From: an uncultured Methylomirabilota bacterium
Lineage (GTDB): Bacteria; Methylomirabilota; Methylomirabilia; Methylomirabilales; 2-02-FULL-66-22
DNA length: 64,000 bases
NCBI GenBank assembly: GCA_963845565.1
Contig: CAWJSJ010000002.1
Coordinates: forward strand, 1 to 64,000
Direction: 5' to 3'
The notes under the pieces are model-generated. The model made no database searches, was not told the origin of the DNA, and saw nothing but the letters and a program-made list of their open reading frames with translations. A program made the translations under genes and the position numbers. The stretch's first letter is position 1. Every line of letters begins with the position of its first letter. Below are positions 40,818 through 51,595 of the stretch, piece by piece.

Positions 40818-42945
40818 GGGCAGAGCGACAATTCTCCACGTCTCGGCGGGGGCTACTTTCCCTTGCGTCCCCCTGACCTTTCTCGGATGCACCCTTTTGA
40901 CGATCCTGGGCCGGGGCCGATGGTCGCTGTTTTTGTGCTTCGGGAGGCCTCGACGCCGCGCGACCCGGCGAGAGCTGGTTAGCCGGCTCGCCTGGAAGTG
41001 TCCGCGCGGCCTGCGGACCGGCCGCTGCGGGACGGCCGGCTTCCGGCGGACCCCCCCGGCGCCCCGACGGAGCGGCCCCAGCTGGGGGCGCAGTCATCCC
41101 CTGCAGCTCCCGCGGCGCTTGCGGGGCGGCTTGGCGGGCCGAAGACGGCGGGGGTGCGCCGCCTCGTGCCGGAGCCCGGGGGCTTTCCGGCTTCTCAGGC
41201 GTTGCGGACGGCTGCGGGCGTTGTGGCAACGAGGGGGCGGTCCGGCACCGGAGTCGGCACCTGGGGCTGCGGCGGTGCCTGGCGCGGTCGCGGCGGGCGG
41301 ACTCTCCGGAGCCCTTCTCAGAGCGGCGCGCACTCTCGCGCCTCGGCGGCGCGGGCGGCTGCGTGCGTTCCGTCGTGGAGCGCTCGACCGTCCCCTGTCC
41401 GAAGGGTGGCCGGGGCATCGCCGATCCGGGTTCGCCTCTCTGAGGCGCCGTGACGACGCGCGAGGTCGGCGCCGGCGTGGCCGCCGGCTCCGCCTTCCGC
41501 TCCCCGCCCGAGACCGACTCCGCCCCGCGATGGGGCGGGCGTGTGGCGACCACCGACCGTTTCAGGTCCCCCTCGGGAGGCCGGATTCCTCGGCGTGTCG
41601 TCGGCGCGAGACTCGCCGGCGTTGCGGCCACCTGGGGCGCGGTGTGGATCGGTTGCAGCGACTTGACATCCACCTGGGACACCCGCGCGGTCCCGACGTG
41701 CCCGCGGCCAAAGCGGTTCTCGTTGACCACCACCACGGCGTTCTGCACGCTGGCATTGCGATACACATTGATGTTCTGCACGTTCACGACGGTCGTCCGG
41801 TTGACGACCACATTGTTCACCACCCGCGGCCCGCCCCAGCCGCCCCACCAGGGCCGATGCGCGAAACCGGGCCGCCCCCACCAGGGCACGCACGGTTCGC
41901 CCCATCCGAGCGCCACCCAGCCCACCACAGGACCGCCGAACCCCACGCCGACGCTCACGCTGGGACCGCCCAGGAACGCCACCAAGGCGGGCGCGTAAAC
42001 CGGCCGCACCACCACCGGCCCAGGGGCCCAGGCCCAGAAGCCGCGTACGGAGACCCAGCGGCCATAGTGATACGGCGCCCAGCCCCAGGGCGCGGTGTCC
42101 ACCCACGTCCAGCCGTAGTACGGGTCGAGCGTCCAGGACCCGGTCGTGTAGGGCGCCCATCCGCGCGGGACCCCCGTCGGCACCCAGACGGAGCCGTAGT
42201 CCTCGACGACTCGCCAGGAGCCATGGCGGTCCAGATCGGACACACCGTACGTGCCAGGAGGTACGTGGCGGGCGCTCACGGCATCGAGGAGCACGTCGGT
42301 CCGGGCGTAATTCCACTTATCCCATTCGTCGAGCTGGGGCGCCGCGTAGGAACTGACCTGCGGGCTGGTCACGCCCTCGACAACCACCTCTTCGCTCGGG
42401 GCGATACTCGTGCTCTCTCCGCCCGCAGGAATGACGATGGCCCGGCCGGCCCGGCGGGTGATGAACGAGGTGCGTTCGCCGATGACGTCCACGCGATAGT
42501 ATCCCGGATGCTCGATGGTGAAGGCCGCGTTCGGCGTGTCCACCTCCACCGTCCGGCCGGGTTCGAGCGTGCGCAGGTCAAAGGCGGCGCGCCCGGCGGT
42601 CACCTTGAATTGCAGGAAGTCCGGCTCCTGATTCTCGAGACCCAGATTGGTATTGGCCCATCCCCGGACAAAAGCGCGGCCGCCGATCTGAAGTTCCAGG
42701 TTTCCCGGCGATCCGGTGTAGACCTGATCCCCGGGGGCGAGCGGCGTGTTGATCTGTGCCTGCGTCCACTCCGGGGCGCCCGGGCGCCAGAACGACACCT
42801 GCCCGTCCACGAAACTCAGCCGCGGAGGCGTCCGGCCGACCGCGTCCTCTTGTGGGTCCGGGGCCTCAGGCGCCTGCCCGGCCGATACGACCCCTCCCAA
42901 TGCGAAGAGCACCAGAATGAGGCTGACGATCCCCCTGGTACGCAT
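40762..42945 (-). CDS. Secreted FecR-like/DUF6600 domain protein with a Pro-rich tail (3' end uncertain)
   Basis: Signal peptide; RLSFVDGQVS, EVDTPN, DLDRHGSW, WAPY..G.W..YYGWTWV..PWGWAPYHYGRW, YAPALV. Confidence 0.8.
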   Translation of the reverse strand: MRTRGIVSLILVLFALGGVVSAGQAPEAPDPQEDAVGRTPPRLSFVDGQVSFWRPGAPEWTQAQINTPLAPGDQVYTGSPGNLELQIGGRAFVRGWANTNLGLENQEPDFLQFKVTAGRAAFDLRTLEPGRTVEVDTPNAAFTIEHPGYYRVDVIGERTSFITRRAGRAIVIPAGGESTSIAPSEEVVVEGVTSPQVSSYAAPQLDEWDKWNYARTDVLLDAVSARHVPPGTYGVSDLDRHGSWRVVEDYGSVWVPTGVPRGWAPYTTGSWTLDPYYGWTWVDTAPWGWAPYHYGRWVSVRGFWAWAPGPVVVRPVYAPALVAFLGGPSVSVGVGFGGPVVGWVALGWGEPCVPWWGRPGFAHRPWWGGWGGPRVVNNVVVNRTTVVNVQNINVYRNASVQNAVVVVNENRFGRGHVGTARVSQVDVKSLQPIHTAPQVAATPASLAPTTRRGIRPPEGDLKRSVVATRPPHRGAESVSGGERKAEPAATPAPTSRVVTAPQRGEPGSAMPRPPFGQGTVERSTTERTQPPAPPRRESARRSEKGSGESARRDRARHRRSPRCRLRCRTAPSLPQRPQPSATPEKPESPRAPARGGAPPPSSARQAAPQAPRELQGMTAPPAGAAPSGRRGGPPEAGRPAAAGPQAARTLPGEPANQLSPGRAASRPPEAQKQRPSAPAQDRQKGASEKGQGDARESSPRRDVENCRSALSSASAGRGSPASRRPAG

Positions 42946-43351
42946 AACCAGTTCCCCCTAACCCCTTGAAACGGATAGGTCGTTGCCGTTTTGGAAACCG
43001 CATCGCCCCCGCAGCCCGTTCTCCGAAGAACGCCTTCCGCGCGCAGGGCGCACCCGTGTCGGTTCGTTAATGTGTATTGGACGGCCAGGGCCCCTGTGAC
43101 ATTCGAACAAACCGCGAACACCCCGCCTCACCAGGGTTTTTCCGGTGGGATCGAACCGCGCGGAAAACACGCCCCGCGTCGCGCCACCGCACACCGGTTA
43201 GTCTGTCCCGGGGACCATTTCGTTTAATACCCCCGGACCAACCGACAAGCAGCGCCCCGACGCGGGTTCCCTCCCTTGTCCCCTGCCGCTATCGGGTCGC
43301 GGTCTCACCGGCGTGAACGACGGTCCGTGGCGGCCCGACCGATCTGTATTC

Positions 43352-43586
43352 CTAGCCCGCATTATTCGCGAACACACCTCGCGAACAATGCGGGCCCAAT
43401 AGGAACCCTTGGGGCAGCGGTCCGGAACGGATCAGGCGGCGCCGGTACGCGGGGACACCGCACCCATCCTGGCGGATGGGTACCCGGTCCGCTCACCACC
43501 CCGCCTCCTCCCGCTGTAGGCGGGAATGGCGGTTCGTCAGGTAAGCCCGGAGTATTCACGATTCCTTCGTGAAGAATCCGGGCTAG
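43352..43586. repeat. Two related ~44-bp palindromes bounding a CTAG-flanked 235-bp element
   Basis: CTAGCCCGCATTATTCGCGA-N7-TCGCGAACAATGCGGGC (43352-43395) and AGCCCGGAGTATTCACGA-N5-TCGTGAAGAATCCGGGCTAG (43544-43586). Confidence 0.75.
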
Positions 43587-43713
43587 AGAATGCGCATCGG
43601 CCGGTCACCGGTCTTGAGGTGCCGATGCGCCACCCCGACCGTCACGAACGTCGGATCGTAGGTTACACGATACCGTGTCGAGTCTGGTAAGGCAAGACCG
43701 TCTGGATCTCGAT

Positions 43714-44807
43714 TCAGCCGCCGTCTGCGAGGGGGGTCGGGGAGAGTTCCGGCAGGAACACACCCAGGGATACCGACTCGGTGCGGAGGGAGGCGAGCAC
43801 CTCGCAGTGAGGGGCACGCCGGTCCGGCGCCGTTCCGCCTCGCGGCGCGCCTCGGGCTCGCCGGGCATGAGAACCTCGCCGACGCCCTCCCCCGGCTGGG
43901 AATCCTTGAAACGCTCGATCATCGTGTCCATGCGCGCCTTGAATGCCTCCAGCGGCATGAAGAGATCGGGACGAATCGCCATGAAGACGTGGCCGATCCC
44001 CTGCGGACCCGAGAAGTCCTCGTAGAGGCTCTTCATCTCCCCGGCAAAGGCGGCGCCGGTGAGGACGCCCCCCATGATCTCCATCCAGATGGCCAGGGCG
44101 GAGCCCTTCGGCCCGCCAAAGGGGTGGACGGCGCCGCCGCCGAATACCGCCATCCCGTCCCTGGTGGGCTTCCCCTCCTTATCCACGCCGAGGCCTTCGG
44201 CGATCGGCTCTCCGTGCATGGCGGCCAGGCGCATCTTGCCCCGCGCGATCTCGCTCATGGCCATGTCGAGGACGACGGCAGGCCGGCGACCGGCCGGAAC
44301 CCCCACGGCCAACGGGTTCACGCCCAGGATCGGTGCAGTCCCGCCGAAGGGCGCCATTCCGGGCGAGGAGTTGGTGAACGCGAATCCGATACGGTCGGCC
44401 GCGACGGCCTGGAGGACGTAATAGGCGGCCATCCCGTAATGGGTACTCCGCCGGACGCCAACCAGGCCGATGCCCGCCTCCTTCGCCAGGGCGATCGCCT
44501 GCACCATCGCCTCGGTCCCCACCACCATCCCCATCCCGTCGTCCCCGTCCAGGTGCGCAGCGCTTGGTGCCACTCGGGTGCAGGCGAGGGTCGGCCGTGG
44601 ATTCACCAGCCCCAGCCGCAGGCGCTTGGCATAGATAGGAATGCGGGCGACCCCGTGGCTGTCCAGGCCGCGCAGGTTGGCCTGGACCAGGCAGTCGCCC
44701 ACAACGGCCGCATGCGCCCGCGAGAGCCCCAACCGTTCGAAGATCATGGCGCTGAAGTCGCGCAAGGCAGAATCCGTACAGTACTGTATGACAGACGCCA
44801 TCGCCAT
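43714..44807 (-). CDS. Ldh family (AllD/ComC/type-2 malate-lactate) oxidoreductase; probable frameshift near the 3' end
   Basis: ANLRGLDSHGV, STHYG, GVNP, LDMA, GGPKGS, MPGE; the alternative frame ends ...LADGG-stop at 43714. Confidence 0.9.
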
Positions 44808-44881
44808 CTCCCGCGGAAAGCGCCGAAGCGATCCACCCCCTTATGGGTCGCATCGAGGAACCAGGGGGCCGATGGATTGTA

Positions 44882-45541
44882 CTAGCCGCCCAACAGTCTT
44901 TTCAAGCGTGCGACAGCGGTGGAAGGACTGGTGAGCACGGGAACCTTCACCTTGGCCTGCACGGCGCCTCGGGCGAGCGCCATGGATACCTGGGCTAGAC
45001 AGAGGACGTCCACCTGCCCAGCGATCCGTTCCGCCGCCTCGACGACCATCCGATCATGGGTCGCGGCATCACCGCTATTGCCGATCGCGAACGCGCCTTC
45101 GGCCACGGATTGCACGACCTGGATCTCCACCCCTCGCGTCTTGGCGCCGGCCACGAGCTGCGCCGCGGCGGCCGGCGTCGCCGGCGGGTTGGTCGCAACG
45201 ATTCCGATCCGCGTCCCGGCATCCAAAGCGGCGGCGATCATGGCCTCGTCCGGTTTGAGGAGGGGGATCCGGACCAGTTGCTTGGCGAGGTCTTCCGCCT
45301 GAGGAAAAACGGAACATGTAAAAAGGATGGCGTCGGCTCCGGTCCGGGCGGCATAGAGGGCCAGGGCGCAGATCCGCTCGGTGACGTGGGGCGTGAGGCC
45401 CCCCTCCCGGGTGTAGGCCGGCATCAGATCGTCATCGAGGAGATTGCTCACCTGGGCCTCCGGCCAGCCTTCTTTGAAGGCATGCCGGATAGGCGGGATG
45501 GCCGTGGCCACGGCGTGGATCAAGGCGATACGTGGAGGCAT
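44882..45541 (-). CDS. Aspartate/glutamate racemase family protein
   Basis: RIALIHA, LFTCS, LKPDEAM, LAQVSM, PVLTSP. Confidence 0.82.
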   Translation of the reverse strand: MPPRIALIHAVATAIPPIRHAFKEGWPEAQVSNLLDDDLMPAYTREGGLTPHVTERICALALYAARTGADAILFTCSVFPQAEDLAKQLVRIPLLKPDEAMIAAALDAGTRIGIVATNPPATPAAAAQLVAGAKTRGVEIQVVQSVAEGAFAIGNSGDAATHDRMVVEAAERIAGQVDVLCLAQVSMALARGAVQAKVKVPVLTSPSTAVARLKRLLGG

Positions 45542-45604
45542 GGCGAACTCCGCAAGAGACAGGGAGAGCGACAGGGACAGGGAGAATCCCGGCCCGCGCC
45601 CGGA

Positions 45605-46675
45605 TCAGTTGGCGGTAAGGTGCCGCACGAGGGCGGCGGTGAACTCCTCGGTGGACGCCGCACCGCCCAGGTCGCGGGTCCTCGGTCCGTGCTCTAGGAC
45701 CGCCGAGACGGCGCGCTCGATGGCCTGGCCCGCCTCTCCGGCCGTCGGGTCTTTCCGCTCGCCGCCCAGCCAGGCAAGCAGCATCGCCGCCGAGAGGATC
45801 ATTCCCACCGGGTTCGCAATGCCCTTCCCGGCGATGTCGGGGGCCGAGCCGTGGCTCGCCTGGGCCATGGCTTGCGTGGCGCTCGCGTTGATGGAAGGGG
45901 CCATGCCGAGGCTCCCGCTCAACTCGCCCGTCAGATCCGACAGGATGTCGCCGAACATGTTCTCCGTGACGATGACGTCGAAGTCCGCCCCGCGGCGGAC
46001 GAGGAGGGCCGTCATGGCGTCGATGTGGTAGTCCTCGACGGCGACATCCGGGAACTCGGCCCCGACTCCACGACAGACCTCCAGGAACAGCCCGGAGGTC
46101 TTGCGGAGCACATTGGCCTTGTGGACGATCGCGACCTTGCGTCGCCGCTGGCGCGCCAACGCAAATGCCGTCCGCGCGATCCGCTCGGTGGCCTGCCGGG
46201 TGATCTTGCCGACGGCCAACGCCACATCGGGGGTGGGCATGAACTCGCCGATCCCCCAGAACATGTTGCGATCGGCGTAGAATCCCTCGGTGTTCTCCCG
46301 CGCGATCACCAGGTCCATCTTGGGACAGACGGCGTGCAGGCCGGGATACGCGCGGGCCGGGCGGATGTTCGCGTACAGGTCGAAGCGGCGGCGCAGCTCG
46401 CCGCTCGGGTTGAGCGTCTCTCGCAGGGCCGGCGGATACGACACCGAGTCGTGCGGGCCCAGGACCCAGGCGTCGCATTTCTTGAGCGCCTCGACCGCGG
46501 ATTCCGGCAAGGCACTCCCGGTCGCCCGGATCGCCTCCCACCCCATGGGGAGCGGGACCCACTCGAAGCGCAGGCGCGGGTCCCGCCGCTGCGCCGCCTC
46601 CAGGACGACCAGCGTGGCCTCGACGATCTCCGGCCCGATCCCATCCCCCTTGAGGACGCCCAGTCGGTAATGCAT
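45605..46675 (-). CDS. Isocitrate/isopropylmalate dehydrogenase family protein
   Basis: GDGIGPE, RENTEGFY, HKANVL, NMFGDILSD, HGSAPDIAGKGIANP. Confidence 0.94.
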   Translation of the reverse strand: MHYRLGVLKGDGIGPEIVEATLVVLEAAQRRDPRLRFEWVPLPMGWEAIRATGSALPESAVEALKKCDAWVLGPHDSVSYPPALRETLNPSGELRRRFDLYANIRPARAYPGLHAVCPKMDLVIARENTEGFYADRNMFWGIGEFMPTPDVALAVGKITRQATERIARTAFALARQRRRKVAIVHKANVLRKTSGLFLEVCRGVGAEFPDVAVEDYHIDAMTALLVRRGADFDVIVTENMFGDILSDLTGELSGSLGMAPSINASATQAMAQASHGSAPDIAGKGIANPVGMILSAAMLLAWLGGERKDPTAGEAGQAIERAVSAVLEHGPRTRDLGGAASTEEFTAALVRHLTAN

Positions 46676-46856
46676 TGCCTCACCTCCGTAGTACGCGTGA
46701 TGTCCAGGAGCTTCAATGGCCTATCTGATCGGACACCGTCCCATCTTTGAGACGGATGCCGCTTCTGTAATACGATTGGTGTAGCCTAGCGTGGCATGAG
46801 CACGCTCGCGTTGTTGGAGAATACGGGAGAAGCCGTGTGTCGGCGCGCCCGCCCCT

Positions 46857-49001
46857 TCAATGGGACGGCGGGGTCGCCGACCCGGGTGAGGGCCGGTGGA
46901 CGATTTCACTGAGCGCCTGAAGGAGTTCCTCGAATCGAACGGGTTTGTGGAGGATCCGCTCCACGAGCCCCGGCGAGATGTCCACCTCGGCCTGATCCGC
47001 CCAACCGGTCAGGAGAAGCACCGGGATCCGGGGCGCACGAGCCTTGATCGCCCGCGCGACCTCCCACCCGTTCATCCCCGGCATCCCCAGGTCGGTGAGC
47101 ACGCAGTCCACGGAGGCCCCTGCCAGACTCGCCAATCCGGCGGCTCCGCTGTCCGCCTCGATGACCGTATGGCCTGCAGCTTCGAGCAAGCCACTGACGG
47201 TGCGGCGAACGAGGGGTTCGTCGTCGATCACGAGCACACGGCGGGCCGGACCGCGGGTAGCCCCCGGCAAACCGTCTCGCCTCAGGTTTTCCCCCGGGAC
47301 GCGTTGGAATCGGAGCGTGACGGTGGTTCCCTGGCCCGGCACGGATGCCACGGAGACGTTGCCCCCGTGTCGCGCCATGATCCCGTAGGCCACGGAGAGG
47401 CCCAGACCGCTGCCCTTCACCCCTTTCGTGGTGAAGAACGGCTCGAAGATCCGGTGGCGGATCTCGTCGGCGATTCCCCTGCCGGTATCCCGGACCGTGA
47501 GCAGGACTCCCTCGGGATCCACTTTCCCGGCAAAGGAGAGCGTGCCGCCCTCGGGCATCGCATCCACGGCGTTGAAGATCAGATTGGCGAGCGCTTCCCG
47601 GATTTCGGGCGCGTGGCCGAGAATGGGAGGGAGCGCGTCCGGTGCGATCTCCACGCGAATCTGGGCGCCGAGCCGCTGCGGCTCGCCTTCCCAGCGAGGC
47701 CGGGTCAACTCCACGGTTTCCCGGACCGCCTCGCCGAGGTCCACGGGTGCCAGGGGGGCCGTCTCCCCTTGGCGCGCGAAGTCCCGCAGCCGACGGACCA
47801 CCTGTGCGGCGTCGGTTGCGGCGGTCTCGAGAACCAGGAGCCCCTCCCGGACGTGGAGGGGAACCCCGCGGAGCTTCAGGAGTTCGGCCTGGCCCAGGAT
47901 GGCCGCCAGTTTGTTGTTGAGATCGTGCGCAACCCCCGCGGCCATCTGGCCCAGGGCGCGCAACTTCTCGGTGCGGACCATCTCCTCCTGGGCGTGCTCC
48001 AGGTCTCGATAGGCCCGCTCCTGCGCCCGAAACAGGCGGGCGTGCTCGATGGCAATGGCCGCATGGCTGGCGAAGAGGCGCAGGAGCTCTCGGTCATGCT
48101 CGGAAAAGGCAACCCGCGCGTCTTCGGTGTCCATGTGAATCACGCCCACCAAACGGTCTCGATAGAGCAAAGGCGCCGCCATGATGGCCGTGATCCTCGT
48201 GCGCGCGAGGACCTCGGGCGGCGCCCCGGGCCAATGCCGATAATCGTTGACGACCAGACCCTCCCGGCACTCCGCCACCTTCCCGGCCACTCCCTGCCCG
48301 AGCTTCAGGCCGAACTGCTCCCGATTCTCCTCGTCCAGCACCGTGTGGGGAATGAGCAGTTGGGTGGACTCGTCCCAGAGACAGACGCCCCCCCGGCTGT
48401 GCCCCACCAGCTCGCTGAGTCGCCGCCCGACAAGGTGCAGCACCGTCCGGAGATCCAGCTCGCGGGTGATCTCCTCGCTGATGGTCCGGATGGCCTGAAG
48501 TTGCTGGGTGCGGGCCCGCAATTCCCTCTCGGTCCGCTTGCGAGCGGTGATGTCGTGAAATGCGCAGTGTACGGCGAGGAGTCGGCCGCTCGGGTCCCAC
48601 GTCTTCCGTCCGACGGGAGCGATCCAAATGTGCGCGCCGTCTTGGCGGACTGCCTCCCATTCCCCCAGGCACTTCGTGTCGGCCCCGGCCTGCGCGCAAC
48701 ACTCCCGGCACGCCTCCGCGGCGGCCGGCGTGAGGAGTTCGCCGAAGGATCGACCCAGCACCTCGCCGGCCTCGTAACGGAATAGCGCCCGCCATGCCCC
48801 ATTGACGGCAAGGAGCCGACACTCCGGATCGAGGACCTGATATGGAAAGGGGACGTCTTCCAGTCGCACCGAAATTTCGGTCGGGCCGGCGTGTGGCGGG
48901 TCGGCAGAGGTGTCGGAGCCCTGCGGCCCACGCGAGGAGCGGCCGGGCGCACCGCCCGTCTCGCCGCCACTCTGCAATGGCTCCGACTCTGTGCCAGGCA
49001 T
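46857..49001 (-). CDS. Hybrid sensor histidine kinase (PAS-GAF-HisKA-HATPase-REC)
   Basis: HDITARK, GAF segment, GVAHDLNN, NLIFNAVDAM, DTGRG, FFTTK, GSGLGL, VLVIDDE, LTDLGMP, KP. Confidence 0.93.
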   Translation of the reverse strand: MPGTESEPLQSGGETGGAPGRSSRGPQGSDTSADPPHAGPTEISVRLEDVPFPYQVLDPECRLLAVNGAWRALFRYEAGEVLGRSFGELLTPAAAEACRECCAQAGADTKCLGEWEAVRQDGAHIWIAPVGRKTWDPSGRLLAVHCAFHDITARKRTERELRARTQQLQAIRTISEEITRELDLRTVLHLVGRRLSELVGHSRGGVCLWDESTQLLIPHTVLDEENREQFGLKLGQGVAGKVAECREGLVVNDYRHWPGAPPEVLARTRITAIMAAPLLYRDRLVGVIHMDTEDARVAFSEHDRELLRLFASHAAIAIEHARLFRAQERAYRDLEHAQEEMVRTEKLRALGQMAAGVAHDLNNKLAAILGQAELLKLRGVPLHVREGLLVLETAATDAAQVVRRLRDFARQGETAPLAPVDLGEAVRETVELTRPRWEGEPQRLGAQIRVEIAPDALPPILGHAPEIREALANLIFNAVDAMPEGGTLSFAGKVDPEGVLLTVRDTGRGIADEIRHRIFEPFFTTKGVKGSGLGLSVAYGIMARHGGNVSVASVPGQGTTVTLRFQRVPGENLRRDGLPGATRGPARRVLVIDDEPLVRRTVSGLLEAAGHTVIEADSGAAGLASLAGASVDCVLTDLGMPGMNGWEVARAIKARAPRIPVLLLTGWADQAEVDISPGLVERILHKPVRFEELLQALSEIVHRPSPGSATPPSH

Positions 49002-49210
49002 GTGTTCCTCGTCGCGCGCGCCGTGATCGAGTGCCGGGAAGTGTTTCGCGTGGATCCCGTGAATCCTAATCGGTAGCGGCCTGGACGGTCAAGCGAACAA
49101 TCCGGCTTCCGTCCGAACCGGAATTACGGGACTCACGCTCCACCGGAGCAGTGGGCGCCTCGCCTTGTCGTCCTGCCGATGCCCGGGATGCGAGGCCCGG
49201 ACGCACCAGA

Positions 49211-50173
49211 TCATGAGACGATGCGCGGGTACACCACGTGTCCTGCCACGTTGACGCGGATCGAGAACAGGCTCTTTCCCGACACGATGTAAAGGGTCTT
49301 CAGGTCGGGACCGCCGAACGCCAGGTTCGTGATCGCGTCTTCGGGAACCGGGATGCGGCCGAGGAGTTCCCCTTTCGGGGTCACGACGTAAACGCCGGGG
49401 GGGACCTCCGCCGTCTCGTTGGCATGGCGCGCCCTCGTGATCCCCGCGGCGATCCACAGGTTGCCCTCGACATCCGTCCGCATGCCATCCGCGCCTCGCC
49501 CCGGTGCAAAATCGTACACCAGCCGCTGGCCCGATGGCGCCCCGTCGGACGAGAGGTCGAAGGCCCAGATCTTTCGGTTGCCACCCGGGGCTGGGCTGCT
49601 GTCCACCAGGTAGAGCGTCCGATTGTCGGGCGATATCGTGATCCCGTTGGGTTTCTGGATGGCGGGTTGCGAGAGGATGCGTACGACGCGCCCGTCCGGA
49701 TCCAGGCGGTACACGGCCTCGACGCTCAGCTCCAACTCCTCCCGGCGCTCCGCTTTGTATCGCGGGTCAGTGAAGTAGATCCGGCCCCGGCTGTCGATGA
49801 CGAGGTCGTTCGGGCTGTTGTAGCGCTTCCCCTCGTAGCGATCCGTCAGGACCTCCACTACCCCCGTGCGCATGTCCGTCCGGGTGATCCGCCGTCGGCC
49901 GCCGTCCCCGAACTCCGCCCCTTCGCAGGTCACCAGCCGCCCCTGGGCGTCAAACATGTTCCCGTTGGCGCGCCCGCTGTCTGCCCGCCACACCGACAAC
50001 TCGCCGCCGGCCGACCGTTTCATGATCCGGTTGTTCACGATGTCGGAAAAGAACACGTTCCCTTCTGCGTCAACGGCGGGACCCTCGGTAAAGGCCACGA
50101 ACGCTGCGGTGGCCACCTGCGTCTCGGCCACCAGTCCGGCGGGCAAGCCAACAGTCGACAGATCGCGCGGCAT
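49211..50173 (-). CDS. SMP-30/gluconolactonase family protein
   Basis: FTEGP, FSDI, ANGN, YNSPNDL, FTDP, PNGI, ADGM, TNLAFGG. Confidence 0.93.
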   Translation of the reverse strand: MPRDLSTVGLPAGLVAETQVATAAFVAFTEGPAVDAEGNVFFSDIVNNRIMKRSAGGELSVWRADSGRANGNMFDAQGRLVTCEGAEFGDGGRRRITRTDMRTGVVEVLTDRYEGKRYNSPNDLVIDSRGRIYFTDPRYKAERREELELSVEAVYRLDPDGRVVRILSQPAIQKPNGITISPDNRTLYLVDSSPAPGGNRKIWAFDLSSDGAPSGQRLVYDFAPGRGADGMRTDVEGNLWIAAGITRARHANETAEVPPGVYVVTPKGELLGRIPVPEDAITNLAFGGPDLKTLYIVSGKSLFSIRVNVAGHVVYPRIVS

Positions 50174-50371
50174 AAGCGAACCTCCTTGGTGTCCACTGTT
50201 CATGATGAGCGGAATGTCGGCGCGGGATTTCCTCACAGACGATAACACAATTGGACAAGATTTCTCTACTCCTTGCACGTCGGACAGCGGCAGGCAGTAT
50301 CCGTTTGGGTGGCGGATTTCGCCGCCGAATACCACATCGGGGGACGGCGACTCAGGGCGTCTTTGGGGAAG

Positions 50372-50695
50372 TCAGGGGCGGGCGCTGAGGCGGTCGACAG
50401 GGACGCCGGTCTCTGATCGAGCGGCATCCGTCGGCACCAGGCGAATGGCGTTCACGGCCAGTTCCTCGCACACCTTGGCGCACACGAAGCAGCCGATACA
50501 CTCGTCCTCGCGGATCCTGATGGGGCGTGACGATCGATGGTCGGAATTCGGGGGGGCGGGCTCGATACAATCCACCAGGCAGTAATCCACGCAAGTATTA
50601 CAGCCGGTGCAGTCCTCTTCCACGACCGCCACATAAAGCTGGCGATCCACCAGAGCCTCGGAAGACGCCCTTCCAGCAACATCGGGGCTTGTCAT
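50372..50695 (-). CDS. 2x[4Fe-4S] ferredoxin-like protein
   Basis: CTGCNTCVDYC and CIGCFVCAKVC motifs. Confidence 0.88.
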   Translation of the reverse strand: MTSPDVAGRASSEALVDRQLYVAVVEEDCTGCNTCVDYCLVDCIEPAPPNSDHRSSRPIRIREDECIGCFVCAKVCEELAVNAIRLVPTDAARSETGVPVDRLSARP

Positions 50696-50699
50696 GGGG

Positions 50700-51026
50700 T
50701 TACAACATCCCCAGCTGAAGGCGAGCGGCCTCGCTCATCCGTGACGGCTCCCACGGCGGGTCGAAGACGACCTCGACCCGCGCGTCCATCACGCCCGGGA
50801 CGGACCGCACCTTGGCCTCGACCTGCCCGGGGAGTTCCACGGCCGACGGGCAGTTCGGGGAGGTGAGCGTCATCGTCACCTCGACACTGCCGGACGGATC
50901 CACCTCCACCCCGTAGATCAGGCCCAGCTCGTAGATGTCCACCGGGATCTCCGGGTCATAGCAGGTCTTGATGGCCTCCACGACCTTGCCCTCGATCTCT
51001 TTCGGATCCACCGCGATGCCGCCCAT
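50700..51026 (-). CDS. sufT: SUF system DUF59 protein
   Basis: YDPEIPVDIYELGLIY, MTLTSPNCP, FDPPW, MSEAARLQLG. Confidence 0.92.
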   Translation of the reverse strand: MGGIAVDPKEIEGKVVEAIKTCYDPEIPVDIYELGLIYGVEVDPSGSVEVTMTLTSPNCPSAVELPGQVEAKVRSVPGVMDARVEVVFDPPWEPSRMSEAARLQLGML

Positions 51027-51145
51027 GCCTCACTCCTAGAAAGCCGAGTAGTCAACTGGTCGATGAGTCGACGAGTTCAGATTCGGACCACGCACGACGC
51101 CATCCCCTTTTTGACTAATTGACGAAACGACCAATTGACACGTTC

Positions 51146-51595
51146 TCATTCGGTCGAAACGGCGTCGTCCTTGCCGTCCAGCGCCGCGCGCATGGTGTGC
51201 CACGGCAAGCTGGCGCACTTGACGCGCACCGGGAATTCGCTCACCCCGCAGAACACGGCAAGCTTTCCCAGCTCCATCGGGTCGGCGCCGTTGCCCTCCC
51301 CGGTCACCATGTCGTGGAACTTCGCGAACAACTCCTGCGCCTCGGCCTTGGTCTTGCCCTTCAGCGCGGTGGTCATCAGCGAGGCGGCGGACTGGGAGAT
51401 GGCGCAGCCCGCGCCTTGGAAGCTGATCTCCCTGATCACCTCTCCGTCCATATGGAGGTACACCGTGATCTGGTCCCCGCACAGCGGATTGTGGCCTTCC
51501 GCATGCCGGTTGGCCCCCTCCAGTCGCTGGAAATTGCGCGGCTTCTTGTAATGGTCCAGGATGACCTGTTGGTACAGCTCGCGAAGATCCGGCAT
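51146..51595 (-). CDS. sufU: SUF system NifU-family protein
   Basis: LYQQVILDH, NPLCGD, GCAISQS, RVKCASLPW. Confidence 0.95.
   Translation of the reverse strand: MPDLRELYQQVILDHYKKPRNFQRLEGANRHAEGHNPLCGDQITVYLHMDGEVIREISFQGAGCAISQSAASLMTTALKGKTKAEAQELFAKFHDMVTGEGNGADPMELGKLAVFCGVSEFPVRVKCASLPWHTMRAALDGKDDAVSTE

Noticed and set aside
45605..46675. Assignment as leuB or icd
   Set aside because: Context and substrate-loop sequence do not allow a specific call.
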